Positions 49,045 through 59,212 of a stretch of DNA of 64,000 bases are shown one piece after another; the stretch's first letter is position 1, and every line of letters starts with the position of its first letter. Under the pieces are notes generated by a model. The model was not told the origin of the DNA. It was given only the letters and a program-made list of their open reading frames with translations, and searched no databases. Source of the stretch: Capsulimonadaceae bacterium (GTDB lineage: Bacteria > Armatimonadota > Armatimonadia > Armatimonadales > Capsulimonadaceae); the NCBI GenBank assembly GCA_965215505.1, contig OZ244065.1:2592001-2656000 (forward strand), written 5' to 3'. The position numbers were made by a program, and so were the translations under genes.

Positions 49045-49965
49045 TTGATACCGACCGACCCACGCACGCTGACGACGGAGTTGCTGACGACCGAAGCCAT
49101 CAACCCCGCCCTGGCCGACATTGACGCCCTGGACACCGAGACGCGCCTGCGGCTCATCAACGCCGAGGACGCAACGGTCGCCGCCGCCGTCGGGCTGGAG
49201 GTCCCGCAGATCGCCCGCGCCGTGCAGCGGGCGGCGGCTTCGCTCCGGGCGGGGGGCAGGCTGATCTATGTGGGCGCGGGGACCAGCGGGCGACTGGGCG
49301 TACTGGACGCCGCCGAGTGCCCCCCGACGTTCGGCGTCTCGCCGCAGACCGTGCTGGGGCTGATCGCGGGCGGCGAGGGGGCGATGTTCCGGGCCGTGGA
49401 AGGGGCCGAAGACGACCCCGACCTGGGCGCGGCGGCAATCATCGGGGCGGACGTCAGCGAGCGGGACACCGTGGTCGGCATCAGCGCCTCCGGCCAGGCC
49501 CCGTTCGTGCTGGGCGCGTTGCGGCAGGCGGTCAAGCGCGGTGCGGCGACGGTCGCCGTCACCAACAACCGTCCCTCCGAGGTGGAAGCAGTCGCCGCCG
49601 TCACCATCGCCGTTGTCGTCGGCCCCGAAGTCCTAGCCGGCTCGACCCGGCTGAAAAGCGGCACGGCGCAGAAAATGGTGCTGAACATGATCTCGACGGG
49701 CGCAATGATCGAGACCGGCAAGACCTACGGCAACCTGATGGTGGACGTCCAGGCCACCAACCGGAAGCTCCAGGCGCGCGCCGTCCGCATCATCCGCCAG
49801 GTTACCGGGGACACGCGGGAGCGCGCCGAGGCGGCCCTTGCGGCGGCAGGCGGGTCGGCCAAAGTCGCCATCGTGACGCTCCAGACCGGGGCGACGCCCG
49901 ACGAGGCGCGGCAGCGGCTCAGTCACGCGGGCGGCTTCCTGCGCCGCGCCCTGGCGGAAGAGTGA
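49045..49965 (+). CDS. murQ: N-acetylmuramic acid 6-phosphate etherase
   Basis: GAGTSGRLGVLDAAECPPTF, AVEGAED, GSTRLKSGTAQKMVLNMIST, GNLMVDV. Confidence 0.97.
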   Translation: MIPTDPRTLTTELLTTEAINPALADIDALDTETRLRLINAEDATVAAAVGLEVPQIARAVQRAAASLRAGGRLIYVGAGTSGRLGVLDAAECPPTFGVSPQTVLGLIAGGEGAMFRAVEGAEDDPDLGAAAIIGADVSERDTVVGISASGQAPFVLGALRQAVKRGAATVAVTNNRPSEVEAVAAVTIAVVVGPEVLAGSTRLKSGTAQKMVLNMISTGAMIETGKTYGNLMVDVQATNRKLQARAVRIIRQVTGDTRERAEAALAAAGGSAKVAIVTLQTGATPDEARQRLSHAGGFLRRALAEE

Positions 49966-49968
49966 GCC

Positions 49969-50679
49969 GTGGATGACCCTCTCGTACAGTCGCTCGCCCC
50001 GGAAGCGGCCCTGCTCTGGCGGCAATGCCTCTTGGCCGAGTCGCGGGGGCAGCGCGCGCGTACACTTGCGGCGCTGAGGGAGTTCGTGGGGGCGCTTCAA
50101 GCAGGCCCGGAGGAGCAGCGCCGCCGGTTCTCGGAGGCGTTCTGCCGCCAAGTGGCGGACGACGGGGCTGCACTGCCATTGCGGGAGCCGCTTTTCGCCG
50201 GCATCATCGGCCCCTACCTTGTTACGGCCTACCAGAAGGGGGAGACGGATGCCGGGCGCTGGCTGGCTTACTTTCACCTGCACTTTCTGAACATGCCGCC
50301 ATCTCGAAAGTTAATTGATCTGGTTGACTCTTTATCACCAATAGCCTTGCTGACTGATGCGTTTAGACGTGACCCCGATGACGCCCGCACACTGGACCAG
50401 CTCATTCAACTGCTGGACGGGCATTTCTCTTATGCTGTTCATGAGTTGCCGTCCGGCGTCCTATATGGTGCTAATGGCGCGACGGTGGAAGAGTGCCGGG
50501 AATGGGAGGCTGATCTGGCGCTCTTCCGTGAGGTAGTGCAGAAACGTGATGTGGCCGAAAAGTACGAGGCGGCGACGCGCTACTGGGGCTTCCACTTCTA
50601 CGGGTACGCAGACTACCTGATCCACCGGGAGCAGTACGGGAGCTATGCGGAGTACATCAAGCGCCACTGGCAGGAGTGA
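49969..50679 (+). CDS. Hypothetical alpha-helical protein
   Basis: Intact ORF 3 bp after murQ; no motif recognised. Confidence 0.65.
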   Translation: MDDPLVQSLAPEAALLWRQCLLAESRGQRARTLAALREFVGALQAGPEEQRRRFSEAFCRQVADDGAALPLREPLFAGIIGPYLVTAYQKGETDAGRWLAYFHLHFLNMPPSRKLIDLVDSLSPIALLTDAFRRDPDDARTLDQLIQLLDGHFSYAVHELPSGVLYGANGATVEECREWEADLALFREVVQKRDVAEKYEAATRYWGFHFYGYADYLIHREQYGSYAEYIKRHWQE

Positions 50680-50733
50680 CTTATGAGGCTGACGAGCGCG
50701 GATGAGGTATGATGGAGTCAGGGGGGGAGCGTC

Positions 50734-50991
50734 ATGGCAACACAAGTTCTGGAAGGCACCTGGGAAGAGATCGCCGCGCACGCCGATGAACTGGCGGGCA
50801 AGCGCGTCAGAGTGAGCGTGGAAATGGATGCGCCATCGGCGGCTGTTCAGCCCAACTTGAAGATGCTGGACGCGATGCGCGCGGCGGAAGAGATACAGCG
50901 CGGGATGAACCCGAAGCCGGACAGTGACGGGGTGGCGATCATCCGCGAGGGACGCCAAGGAGCCATGTATGGCGATGATCCTGCCGAATAA
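50734..50991 (+). CDS. Putative antitoxin
   Basis: Small ORF (VLEGTWEEI...LAGKRVRV) overlapping the PIN gene. Confidence 0.7.
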   Translation: MATQVLEGTWEEIAAHADELAGKRVRVSVEMDAPSAAVQPNLKMLDAMRAAEEIQRGMNPKPDSDGVAIIREGRQGAMYGDDPAE

Positions 50992-51448
50992 TCCTTCCTG
51001 CGTCGTCGTGGATGCGAACGTAATGGTCGCGCTGTGCGCCAAGGAGCCGCAGCGTTTCGTCGCGCTGACGGCGGAAGTGGAAAGTTATGCTCGGGCGGGG
51101 AGCCTCTTCTACGCGCCAAACGTAATCGTCGGCGAGTCGCTATACACATTGCGCCGCAAGTTGACGGACGGAATCTTGAACGCCACGGAACACGCACAGG
51201 CCGTGCAGAGCCTGCGAGTACGCATGACGGCCATCCTCCTGCCTCTTGGCGGCGAAGCATCACTCATCCTGCGCGCCGATCAGATCTGTGATGGTTATGG
51301 GTACAGCCGCTCCGACGACGCGCTCCACATCGCTCTGGCCGAGGAGCTTTCGCGGACTTACACCACGCGCCTGCTGACGTTCGACCAGGGCGTACCCAAT
51401 CAAGCCGCCCGCCATGCGCCGCTCGTTACCGTCCACCTGCTGACATGA
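50969..51448 (+). CDS. VapC/PIN-domain toxin
   Basis: VVVDANVMVA, APNVIVGE, DALHIALAE, LLTFD. Confidence 0.88.
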   Translation: MAMILPNNPSCVVVDANVMVALCAKEPQRFVALTAEVESYARAGSLFYAPNVIVGESLYTLRRKLTDGILNATEHAQAVQSLRVRMTAILLPLGGEASLILRADQICDGYGYSRSDDALHIALAEELSRTYTTRLLTFDQGVPNQAARHAPLVTVHLLT

Positions 51449-51460
51449 CCGCTGCTTGAC

Positions 51461-52180
51461 ATGATACCCACCCCACCCACCATTCCGATCCGCCTGCTCC
51501 GGGGCCTCGCCCAACTGGTCATCCTCGGCGGCGCGGCGGGCGTGCTGGCGGGGGCGCTCAGTCCGTGGGCGACGTTCCGGGTCTTCCACAACATTGAGGT
51601 CAACCTGCCCGGCCTCGTCTTCCCCACGGGCGGGCTTTGCCTCGCCGTCGCCGCCCTGGTCTTCCTGGGGGTGCGCCGGTCGCCCATCCTGTGCCTGCTG
51701 GGCGCGCTCTTCGTTCTGCACGAGACGGCGGAAGCACGGGTGCGCGTCCCGGAGCGGGTCAAGTTCCAGCTCGCCGGGTCGCAGCTCGAACTTTCGGCCT
51801 CCATTAACCGCCTGCTGGATCAGTTCCACATCCCCGACATCGAGGTCGCCAACCTCAACACCCCCAGCCCGGACCTGCTCGGCGAAGGGCTGGGCTGGAC
51901 GGCGGACGGGGCCTACCTGCTGCTGCTGGGTGGGCTAGTCGGGCTGCCCGCCGACCCGGTCGCCGTCTGGGCCTTCAGGCACACCGTCCGCGTCCGGTGC
52001 CGCGCCTGCGGCGCGCGGCGGCTCCTGGCGCGTCCCGCCCCCTTCTGCCCGAACTGCGGGGTTTCCACCCTGCCCCGGAGTGTCCGGCTCTGCCCGCACT
52101 GCCGGACGCGGGCGCGGCGCGGCGACCGGCACTGCGCCGCCTGCGGGACGGCGCTTCCCCTGGCAGCAAAGACCGCTTGA
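51461..52180 (+). CDS. Membrane protein with C-terminal double zinc ribbon
   Basis: TM segments; CRAC, FCPNCG, CPHC, HCAACG. Confidence 0.75.
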   Translation: MIPTPPTIPIRLLRGLAQLVILGGAAGVLAGALSPWATFRVFHNIEVNLPGLVFPTGGLCLAVAALVFLGVRRSPILCLLGALFVLHETAEARVRVPERVKFQLAGSQLELSASINRLLDQFHIPDIEVANLNTPSPDLLGEGLGWTADGAYLLLLGGLVGLPADPVAVWAFRHTVRVRCRACGARRLLARPAPFCPNCGVSTLPRSVRLCPHCRTRARRGDRHCAACGTALPLAAKTA

Positions 52181-52205
52181 CAGGCGGGCGTGGGCGTGCT
52201 AAAAT
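52177..52205 (+). promoter_or_regulatory. Sigma70 promoter of the VOC gene
   Basis: TTGACA-N17-TAAAAT with TG extension; -35 overlaps the upstream stop codon. Confidence 0.7.
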
Positions 52206-52255
52206 GGGGCGAGGCAAACATAAGTTTGCCCCGCCCCAAAGGAGAAACACCCGCC

Positions 52256-52651
52256 ATGTTCCGCGCACCACATGTTCGCCTGCTCGTCTCCGACTTCCCC
52301 GCCTGCTTCCGCTTCTACCGTGACGTCCTAGGGTTTGAGGCCCAGTTCGGCTCCGAGGACGATGTCTATACAGAGTTTGGCGTCGGCGACCAGATGGTCG
52401 CCTTGTTCCGGCGCGACCTGATGACGATGGCCGTAGAAACCACCGACAAACCAACGAGCGCGGACGCGCAGGACCGCGTGGCGCTCGTCTTCGCGACGGA
52501 CGACGTGGATGCCGCCGCCGCTGAGGTGGTGGGGCGCGGCATCCCCCTCGTAGCGGGGCCGCAGGACCGGCCCGACTGGATGATCCGCACGGCGCACTTC
52601 CGCGACCCGGACGGCAACCTGATCGAGATCAACAGCGCCATGAGGGCGTAG
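52256..52651 (+). CDS. VOC/glyoxalase family protein
   Basis: HVRLLVSDF..FYRDVLGF, DDVDAA, FRDPDGNLIEI. Confidence 0.92.
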   Translation: MFRAPHVRLLVSDFPACFRFYRDVLGFEAQFGSEDDVYTEFGVGDQMVALFRRDLMTMAVETTDKPTSADAQDRVALVFATDDVDAAAAEVVGRGIPLVAGPQDRPDWMIRTAHFRDPDGNLIEINSAMRA

Positions 52652-52670
52652 CCACCGTCGAGCCTGCCGC

Positions 52671-52919
52671 CTAGCGGACGTAGGGCAGGCTAGACTCCTC
52701 CCAGTAGTCGGTCAGGCTCCGGTGTGCGAAGCAGTTTTCGTGCGGCTGCACGATGACTTCCCTTTGGGTCTTCTGCGACAGCAGGCCGCAGCGCCAGACG
52801 GCGGCGGTCTGCTTGCCGCTGGGCGCGGTCAAATACACACGGTTCTTGTGGCCGCACGTCGCGCACTCGTGCTGGGTTTCAGCCGCTGGGGTCGGTCGTT
52901 CCAGTAGTTCCAGGGTCAT
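52671..52919 (-). CDS. Small Cys/His-containing hypothetical protein
   Basis: AAGGAG RBS; CATC...WRC...NCFAH. Confidence 0.6.
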   Translation of the reverse strand: MTLELLERPTPAAETQHECATCGHKNRVYLTAPSGKQTAAVWRCGLLSQKTQREVIVQPHENCFAHRSLTDYWEESSLPYVR

Positions 52920-53109
52920 GCGTTTCTCCTTGAAGTCGTAAACATCCTCTCCATCAACGTCATTCTACCAGGGTTGGTTCCAGTTTTATATAAAATTATA
53001 TGGGATTTTTGCCCACAAAACTCACCTGTCAGTGCCGGGGCTGACACGGACGCGGGCCGCGCCGGGGATGGTCAAGTCCATTCGGCGCGGCCCGCGTTCG
53101 GTTGAGTGA

Positions 53110-53173
53110 TGCTTTAGCTGGTGCTTTAGTTGGTGCTTTAGTTGGTGCTTTAGTTGGTGCTTTAGTTGGTGCT
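53110..53173. repeat. Tandem repeat, 12-bp unit x5, copying the pilin stop-codon region
   Basis: TGCTTTAGTTGG x5 (one mismatch in the first copy); minus strand AGCACCAACTAA = S-T-N-stop. Confidence 0.93.
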
Positions 53174-54085
53174 GAAGGTGCCGACGACGGAGGCGCTATG
53201 GCCGGTGTCCAGGTACATGGTGTCGGTGGCCGCCGCACGGTAGTTACCGCGCCCGCTGGTGGCGGTGGCGGTCGCCTGGTCCTGGCCGGAAGTCCCATTG
53301 TGGCCCGACGAGACCTGGACGGGCTTCAGCCACTTCACATGGCCGTCGCCGAACAGGAAGTTGGAGCCGTCTGCGTGGATTCCGGTCGGCCCGGTGTAGT
53401 AGCTCGTGAAGGGCGGCCCGTAGGGGTCAACGCCACTCAGGCCGGCCGCCATGTCTCCCGTCGCGAGTTTCAAGTCGGGACCCAGCCCGTCAACGCCGTC
53501 CGTCAGGGAGCCGCCGAAGGCGTTGGCGTAGTCCGGCAGGCCGTTCGTGGCCGGGGAAAGGTCGTGGTAGGTCCCCGCCGACAGGCCCTCGTCGGGCTGG
53601 TCTATCTGCGCACTGGCACCATAAACCTCGCAGACCATGATGGTGGCCGCAGAAGAGTTAAAAGCCGACAGGGGCTTGCCGCCAGCGTTCGTGTTCAGGG
53701 CGTAGGAGATCGGGTAGTCGGTGAACCCGTTGAAAGTCCCCTGATTCGTGCCGTCGTCGGGGCACTTGTAGACGCCGGTACTCTTGACATAGGTGAAGGT
53801 CTGGCCTGCCCACCCCTGGCTGTAGCGCGCGCCGCGCACGGGAACGCCAAGAGGGTAGCGCTCATCATAGTCCTGGGTGTACTGGGTCAGGGCCAGCCCT
53901 ATCTGTTTCAGGTTGGACTGGCAGGAGGCGCGGCGGGCGTTCTCCCGGACCTTCTGGAAGACCGGGAAGAGTATCGCCGCGAGAATCGCGATGATGGCGA
54001 TGACGACGAGCAGTTCGATCAGCGTAAACGCTCGGGTGAAGCCGAGCGGATTGGCTCGGGCTGAGGACATTCGTTTCTTTGACAT
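53162..54085 (-). CDS. Prepilin-type DUF1559 protein with H-X9-DG motif
   Basis: [58 protein letters not shown]. Confidence 0.93.
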   Translation of the reverse strand: MSKKRMSSARANPLGFTRAFTLIELLVVIAIIAILAAILFPVFQKVRENARRASCQSNLKQIGLALTQYTQDYDERYPLGVPVRGARYSQGWAGQTFTYVKSTGVYKCPDDGTNQGTFNGFTDYPISYALNTNAGGKPLSAFNSSAATIMVCEVYGASAQIDQPDEGLSAGTYHDLSPATNGLPDYANAFGGSLTDGVDGLGPDLKLATGDMAAGLSGVDPYGPPFTSYYTGPTGIHADGSNFLFGDGHVKWLKPVQVSSGHNGTSGQDQATATATSGRGNYRAAATDTMYLDTGHSASVVGTFSTN

Positions 54086-54150
54086 GGGCGTTCTCCTTGT
54101 TTGCATTTTCCCGATGGCTGGACCGAGACTGGAAGCCGTTCCGGCCTCCT

Positions 54151-54882
54151 TCAGCCGGTGGTGTCATCTATCTGCTGGATGCTATAGGCCGGCGTTGCCG
54201 ACACCGTCGGCTCGACGACGAACAGCGTGTAAACCTGGCCGGAACTCAGACCCAGCGTCTGCGAGGGGACCAGGACAGTGCCGGTGCCGGTCTGGTTGAC
54301 CTGGATGGTCACATTGCCGGACGGCTGACTGAACAGGGAACTGACGCCCTTGTATGTCGCGCCGGTGGCGACGACGATGCCGTTGATCAGGACATCCACC
54401 GGGCCGGCATCGGGCGCAGCATAAACCAGCCGCACGGCGGCCTGTGAGGTATACGACGTGTTGAAGGCGTCCTGGATGGCAATGACAGTGGGGTAGCGCG
54501 GGTCGGTCGGCGACGTGACATCGGACCGGCCGACGAGGACCAGCGAGTAGTAGTTCGACACCAGGAAGTTCTGGGAGACGGCAGGGTAGCTGGTGCCCGA
54601 GTCGGCGCTCATGCTGAACGTGACCGAGGCCGGACCGCCCCCGAAACTCTGGTAGCCGGTCACATTGGAATAGCCCTGGCTGCCGCCGATCTGGGTGCCG
54701 TTTACATAAACGGAGGTCGTACCGCCGTTCGCGCTGACGTCTATAGCTCGGATTTGAGCATTGGTGGTATTGTTGCTGCCACCGCCGCAGCCGGACAGCA
54801 GCATCATGCCGCCGAGTGCGGCCAGGGCAGAGAGTGCGATGCCACGCCCCGGTGCTGAGAATGTGAGTCGCAAAGAGCGCAT
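54151..54882 (-). CDS. DUF4397-like lipoprotein
   Basis: LSGC lipobox; [20 protein letters not shown]; two related halves. Confidence 0.8.
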   Translation of the reverse strand: MRSLRLTFSAPGRGIALSALAALGGMMLLSGCGGGSNNTTNAQIRAIDVSANGGTTSVYVNGTQIGGSQGYSNVTGYQSFGGGPASVTFSMSADSGTSYPAVSQNFLVSNYYSLVLVGRSDVTSPTDPRYPTVIAIQDAFNTSYTSQAAVRLVYAAPDAGPVDVLINGIVVATGATYKGVSSLFSQPSGNVTIQVNQTGTGTVLVPSQTLGLSSGQVYTLFVVEPTVSATPAYSIQQIDDTTG

Positions 54883-54898
54883 CCGAAAGAATCCTGTC

Positions 54899-55873
54899 TT
54901 AGTCGCGGGACGTTAGGGGAGGGTCCACCTGGGTGTAGCCCGCCGGGAGCTGGAACAGCGCGTCATCGAGCGGGGCCTGCGAGAAAGCCGTCACCTGCGT
55001 GGCCGTCGTCTCCGTCCGCTCTGGGGACGCCGACGCGGGCTGCCCGCCGTCCGCCTGGTTGGCACCGCGCGCCCGCCGCGCCGCCCGGATTTCCGTGATC
55101 CGGCTGTAGAGCGGCAGCAGCTTCATCTTGTTGAGGTCGTCGGTCAGCGGTTTCAGGGCCGGACCGCCCCCGGCGAAGAGCAGCCGTGCCGACGGCAGTG
55201 CGGTCGCTTTCTTGTCGTCGGGCAACCGCGCGGCGTCGGACAGCCAGACCTCGCCGGTGATCTCCGTCCGGGCCGCCTGCCCCCCGCCCTGTCTGCCTTC
55301 CGTGCCGCCCCCGCCGCGACGCCCACGGCGCCCCCCGCCGCCGGGGAAGCCTCCGCCGCCGCCGGGGAACCCGCCGCCGAAAATGCCGCCGAGCGGGCCA
55401 CCCGACCGGCCCTCCCTGGGCCTCGCGCTGATCGAGCCGGTGACGTTGTATTCCTTGGCGGTCAGGCCGACGTAGGGCCGCGTTTCCGCGCCGTCAGGCG
55501 ATTTGAGGTCCACCTTGACGTCCAGGTTTGAGTCCCCAGCATCGGCCAATCCCTGGCCCTCCTGCACCTGCTTCAAGGGGAGGACGTAATAAGTTCTGGC
55601 GGCTGGGTCGAGCGTGTAGACCCGGCCCGCATCGTCGTTGTACAAGGTGACCGGCCCGCCGGCCACCTCCACGCGGGCGTAGCGGCCCTTGTAGTAGGTG
55701 GTCACCGTCTGGGTTGCGGGGACGCCGGAGTCCCCGCCGTCGCTGGACTGCCGGGTGACGGTGACGTCCGAGACGATCTTGACGTCGGCCCGTGCCGACA
55801 CGGCGGGGAAGGCCAGTCCCAGGACGGAAAGCATCAGACAGGCGCGGCGCGCATCGAGAACTTCAGCGTGCAT
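54899..55873 (-). CDS. Secreted DUF4412-like protein with Gly-rich loop
   Basis: AAGGAG RBS; signal peptide ending ARA; TTYYKG, LDPAARTY, LFQLPAGYTQV. Confidence 0.65.
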   Translation of the reverse strand: MHAEVLDARRACLMLSVLGLAFPAVSARADVKIVSDVTVTRQSSDGGDSGVPATQTVTTYYKGRYARVEVAGGPVTLYNDDAGRVYTLDPAARTYYVLPLKQVQEGQGLADAGDSNLDVKVDLKSPDGAETRPYVGLTAKEYNVTGSISARPREGRSGGPLGGIFGGGFPGGGGGFPGGGGRRGRRGGGGTEGRQGGGQAARTEITGEVWLSDAARLPDDKKATALPSARLLFAGGGPALKPLTDDLNKMKLLPLYSRITEIRAARRARGANQADGGQPASASPERTETTATQVTAFSQAPLDDALFQLPAGYTQVDPPLTSRD

Positions 55874-56042
55874 AAAGAACTCCTTAGTCTGTTGTTGCCG
55901 GTGAGAATACCGGGGCAACATGAAAACCACATTAAAGCGGGGCAGTATCGCTAGGCTCGCCGTCTTTCCCCGTTGGCACGTCAATGGCCGCCGAAGCGCC
56001 GCACTCAGGTATCGGTCCGCACTCAGGTATAATGAAGGCAAT

Positions 56043-57851
56043 ATGGAAGACCACCAGAAGAACATCCGCAACTTTTGCATCATCGCCCACATCGACCACG
56101 GCAAATCGACTTTAGCCGACCGGCTCCTGGAGTTCACCGGGACCGTCCAGCGGCGGCACATGCAGGAGCAGCTACTGGACTCGATGGACATCGAACGCGA
56201 GCGCGGCATCACGATCAAGATGGCCGCCGTCCGGCTGAACTACAAGGCCCTGGACGGGCAGGAGTACGAGCTGAACCTGATTGACACGCCCGGTCATGTG
56301 GACTTCACCTACGAGGTTTCCCGGTCTCTGGCCGCCTGCGAAGGGGCCGTCCTGGTCGTGGATGCCGCCCAGGGGGTCGAGGCGCAGACGCTGGCGAACG
56401 TCAACCTCGCCATGAACAACCATCTGGAGATCGTCCCGGTCATCAACAAGATAGACCTGCCCGCCGCCGATCCCGACCGCGTGGCCGAAGAGATCGAGGA
56501 GGTGCTGGCGATTGACGCCACCGAGGCCATCCGCGCCTCGGCCAAGGAAGGCATCGGGACGCTGGAGATTCTCGAGTCCATCGTCCGTCGTGTCCCGCCG
56601 CCGCAGGGCGACGCTCAGAAGCCGCTGCGGGCGCTCATCTTCGACAGCCACTTCGACGCGCACCTTGGCGTCGTGGCCTATGTGCGCGTCCGCGACGGCG
56701 AGATCGCGCCGGGCACACAGATCCGGGCGATGGCGAGCGGGAAGACCTTCGACGTGACCGGCGTCGGCATCTTCGCGCCGCGCATGAAGCCGGTGGCGAA
56801 GCTGATGACCGGCGAGGTCGGCTACATCACGGCCAGCGTCAAGACGGTCGGCGACTGCCGCGTAGGCGACACCCTGACGGTCGCGCACGGCGGCGCGACC
56901 GAAGCATTGGCGGGCTACCGGCAGGCCCTCCCGGTCGTCTTCTGCGGCCTGTACCCTGTAGACAGCAGCCAGTACCCCGAGCTGAAGGAGGCCTTGGGAA
57001 GGCTCCAGCTCAACGACGCCGCGCTGACCTTCGAGCCGGAATCCTCGGCGGCCCTGGGCTTCGGCTACCGCTGCGGGTTCCTCGGCCTGCTGCACCTGGA
57101 CATCGTGCAGGAGCGGCTGGAGCGCGAGTTCAACCTGACCCTGATCGCGACCGCCCCGAGCGTCATCTACAAGGTGCATCTGACCAGCGGCGAGCTGATT
57201 GAGGTGGACAACCCGGCAAACCTGCCGCCGCCTGGGGAGATCGCCAGCATGGACGAGCCGTATGTGACGGCCAGCATCATCATCCCCTCCACCTATGTCG
57301 GGACAGTCATGGACATGGCGCGCGAGCGGCGCGGCGTCTACCTCCGCACGGAATACCCTGCCAAGGAGCGGGTGATGATCTTCTACAAGCTGCCCCTGAA
57401 CGAGATCCTGATGGACTTCTTCGACCAGCTCAAGTCGCGGACGAAGGGCTACGCCTCGTTCGACTACGAGATGAGCGGCTACGAGCCGTCCAACCTGGTC
57501 AAGCTCGACGTCAAGATCAACGACGATCCCCTGGACGCCCTCTCGTTCATCACGCACCGGGATAAGGCGTATGAGCGGGGCCGGCAGCTCGTGGACAAGC
57601 TCAAAGAGGTCATCCCGCGCCAGCAGTTCGAGATCAAGTTGCAGGCGGCCGTCGGGGCCAAAGTGGTGGCCGCCGAGCGCATCTCCGCGCTCCGTAAGAA
57701 CGTCATCGCCAAGTGCTACGGCGGCGACATCTCCCGCAAGCGCAAGCTGCTGGAGAAGCAGAAGGAGGGCAAGAAGCGCATGAAGAGCATCGGCAGCGTC
57801 GAGATCCCGCAGGAGGCGTTCATGAGCGTCCTGAAGCTGGGGAGTGATTAG
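56043..57851 (+). CDS. lepA: Elongation factor 4
   Basis: [80 protein letters not shown]. Confidence 0.99.
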   Translation: MEDHQKNIRNFCIIAHIDHGKSTLADRLLEFTGTVQRRHMQEQLLDSMDIERERGITIKMAAVRLNYKALDGQEYELNLIDTPGHVDFTYEVSRSLAACEGAVLVVDAAQGVEAQTLANVNLAMNNHLEIVPVINKIDLPAADPDRVAEEIEEVLAIDATEAIRASAKEGIGTLEILESIVRRVPPPQGDAQKPLRALIFDSHFDAHLGVVAYVRVRDGEIAPGTQIRAMASGKTFDVTGVGIFAPRMKPVAKLMTGEVGYITASVKTVGDCRVGDTLTVAHGGATEALAGYRQALPVVFCGLYPVDSSQYPELKEALGRLQLNDAALTFEPESSAALGFGYRCGFLGLLHLDIVQERLEREFNLTLIATAPSVIYKVHLTSGELIEVDNPANLPPPGEIASMDEPYVTASIIIPSTYVGTVMDMARERRGVYLRTEYPAKERVMIFYKLPLNEILMDFFDQLKSRTKGYASFDYEMSGYEPSNLVKLDVKINDDPLDALSFITHRDKAYERGRQLVDKLKEVIPRQQFEIKLQAAVGAKVVAAERISALRKNVIAKCYGGDISRKRKLLEKQKEGKKRMKSIGSVEIPQEAFMSVLKLGSD

Positions 57852-57879
57852 AGCTGGTCTGTAGCGGAAGGAAACAGTC

Positions 57880-58344
57880 ATGCCTTTTTATGATGAGGAA
57901 AGCTACCGGCGCATTCCGTATGAGGAATATAAAGCGATCAATGAGCTGATGCACGCGCATCTCCGCACGCACAACGGCAAACTCCGCGCGCTCGTCGCTT
58001 TCGGCGAGATAGTGACTCGCGGCGGCACCTACGACATTGATCTGCTGGAAGTCGTCGAAGGATGGGAGGGACCAAGCTCCGTCGCATTTTCCAGTTCGGA
58101 TGCACTGCCCCTGCGTGGTCAGCTCCGCCTCTACCTGCTGGCGCCGGAGCAGTTTGAAGGCACAGCCGCTGAAATATGGATGCCGGGAGAACGCCTGTTG
58201 GACCGCGTCCGAGAGGGCTACGACATCGTCTATGAGAATCCACCCGGCTATGCCCGGAACGTGTTCGCTCAACGGGTGAGGAACGGTCTGAGCAATAATC
58301 CTCTGGATTTCCTTGTCTCCGGCAATTCGGGCCAGGGGCAATGA
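57880..58344 (+). CDS. Minimal nucleotidyltransferase (MNT)-like antitoxin
   Basis: ALVAFGE...YDIDLLEVV...LLDRVREGYDIVYE; ATGA overlap with a HEPN gene. Confidence 0.65.
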   Translation: MPFYDEESYRRIPYEEYKAINELMHAHLRTHNGKLRALVAFGEIVTRGGTYDIDLLEVVEGWEGPSSVAFSSSDALPLRGQLRLYLLAPEQFEGTAAEIWMPGERLLDRVREGYDIVYENPPGYARNVFAQRVRNGLSNNPLDFLVSGNSGQGQ

Positions 58345-58918
58345 GCATCATATCGCCCTACCCTCGGTTTCCAGACGGCGATGCTTTAGCGCGAGCCTTC
58401 TTTGAAGAAGGAATACGGCATCTGGAAGATGCTCACGTTTTGCATGAGGCGGGCCGCTACCCGGCTGCCATTGCCTCAGCCATGAAGGCGGCGGAGTCGG
58501 AGTCAAAACGATTATCATCTTGGGTGGTGCAATGGGCTGGTGGGACAAGGTTTTCACGACGCATAGACCTCTCGATGACATCAACAGACTTGGCATATTT
58601 GAGCATCACATCAAGACAATCACCGCGTATAACGGGATTTTGGTATCAGATGTCAGGGAAATGGAGGGGCTATCTCCTGCAAAGCCCGGCGGTTCGTATG
58701 ACATCAGTTCTGGACAGAATCCTGAGTACCCATTTCTGTCGTACCAGAAGGCTACCGCCACTAGCCCAGGAGAGTTCCGTTTGAGCAAGCCTTCCACACA
58801 TTTTGGAGAGGCGGAAAGCAAAAGGTACTACAATACTGCACAGGACTTGCTGGCAGCAGTGACGGCTCAGTACGCAACAGTTAGCGGCTGGGGTTTAATG
58901 ATTCCAGGTGCCTTTTAG
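58341..58918 (+). pseudogene. HEPN-domain gene with a single-base frameshift
   Basis: FFEEGIRHLEDAHVLHEAGRYPAAIASAMKAAE, frameshift at about 58497, then GVKTIIILGGAMGWW...THRP...NPEYP. Confidence 0.75.
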
Positions 58919-58920
58919 CA

Positions 58921-59047
58921 ACGCAGACCCCCCTAGGCCTGCCTGGAAGCGTTGGAGTTGATGCGGCAGGTGATGTATGGCTGTGATTTTACTACCACCC
59001 GGCTTGAAAGACTTTTTGAGATTGCTCGGCTCAGGCGCATGGAGTAG
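58921..59047 (+). pseudogene. 5'-truncated remnant of a small antitoxin-like gene
   Basis: QTP..LEALELMRQVMYGCDFTTTRLERLFEIA resembles small proteins recalled as lying upstream of nucleotidyltransferase genes; no search run. Confidence 0.45.
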
Positions 59048-59069
59048 GTGCTAATGAGTGGATCATCCA

Positions 59070-59091
59070 AGGGCAGGCTTTAGCCTGCCCT
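59070..59091 (+). terminator. Terminator-like hairpin
   Basis: AGGGCAGGCT / AGCCTGCCCT. Confidence 0.6.
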
Positions 59092-59108
59092 GTTCGCTTT
59101 CTGACCCG

Positions 59109-59157
59109 CCCCGGTGTGACAACTTTCACACCGGGGTATCTTCTTTGCATACATAAT
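59109..59157 (+). promoter_or_regulatory. CRP/FNR-family site with class II promoter geometry
   Basis: CCCCGG-TGTGA-N6-TCACA-CCGGGG centred at 59122.5; -10-like CATAAT at 59152-59157. Confidence 0.65.
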
Positions 59158-59212
59158 AGGGATGGGCACAAGCAGACTGATGCCAGGCGAAATTAATCGT
59201 ATAAATAATGTG

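Noticed and set aside
51437-51466. Short duplication CTGCTGACATGA / CTGCTTGACATGA at the vapC stop
   Set aside because: Too short and imperfect to support as an insertion scar.
57800-59100. Duplicated lepA 3' end flanking the MNT/HEPN cassette
   Set aside because: Looked for by eye and not found; likewise none seen for iscA or murQ.
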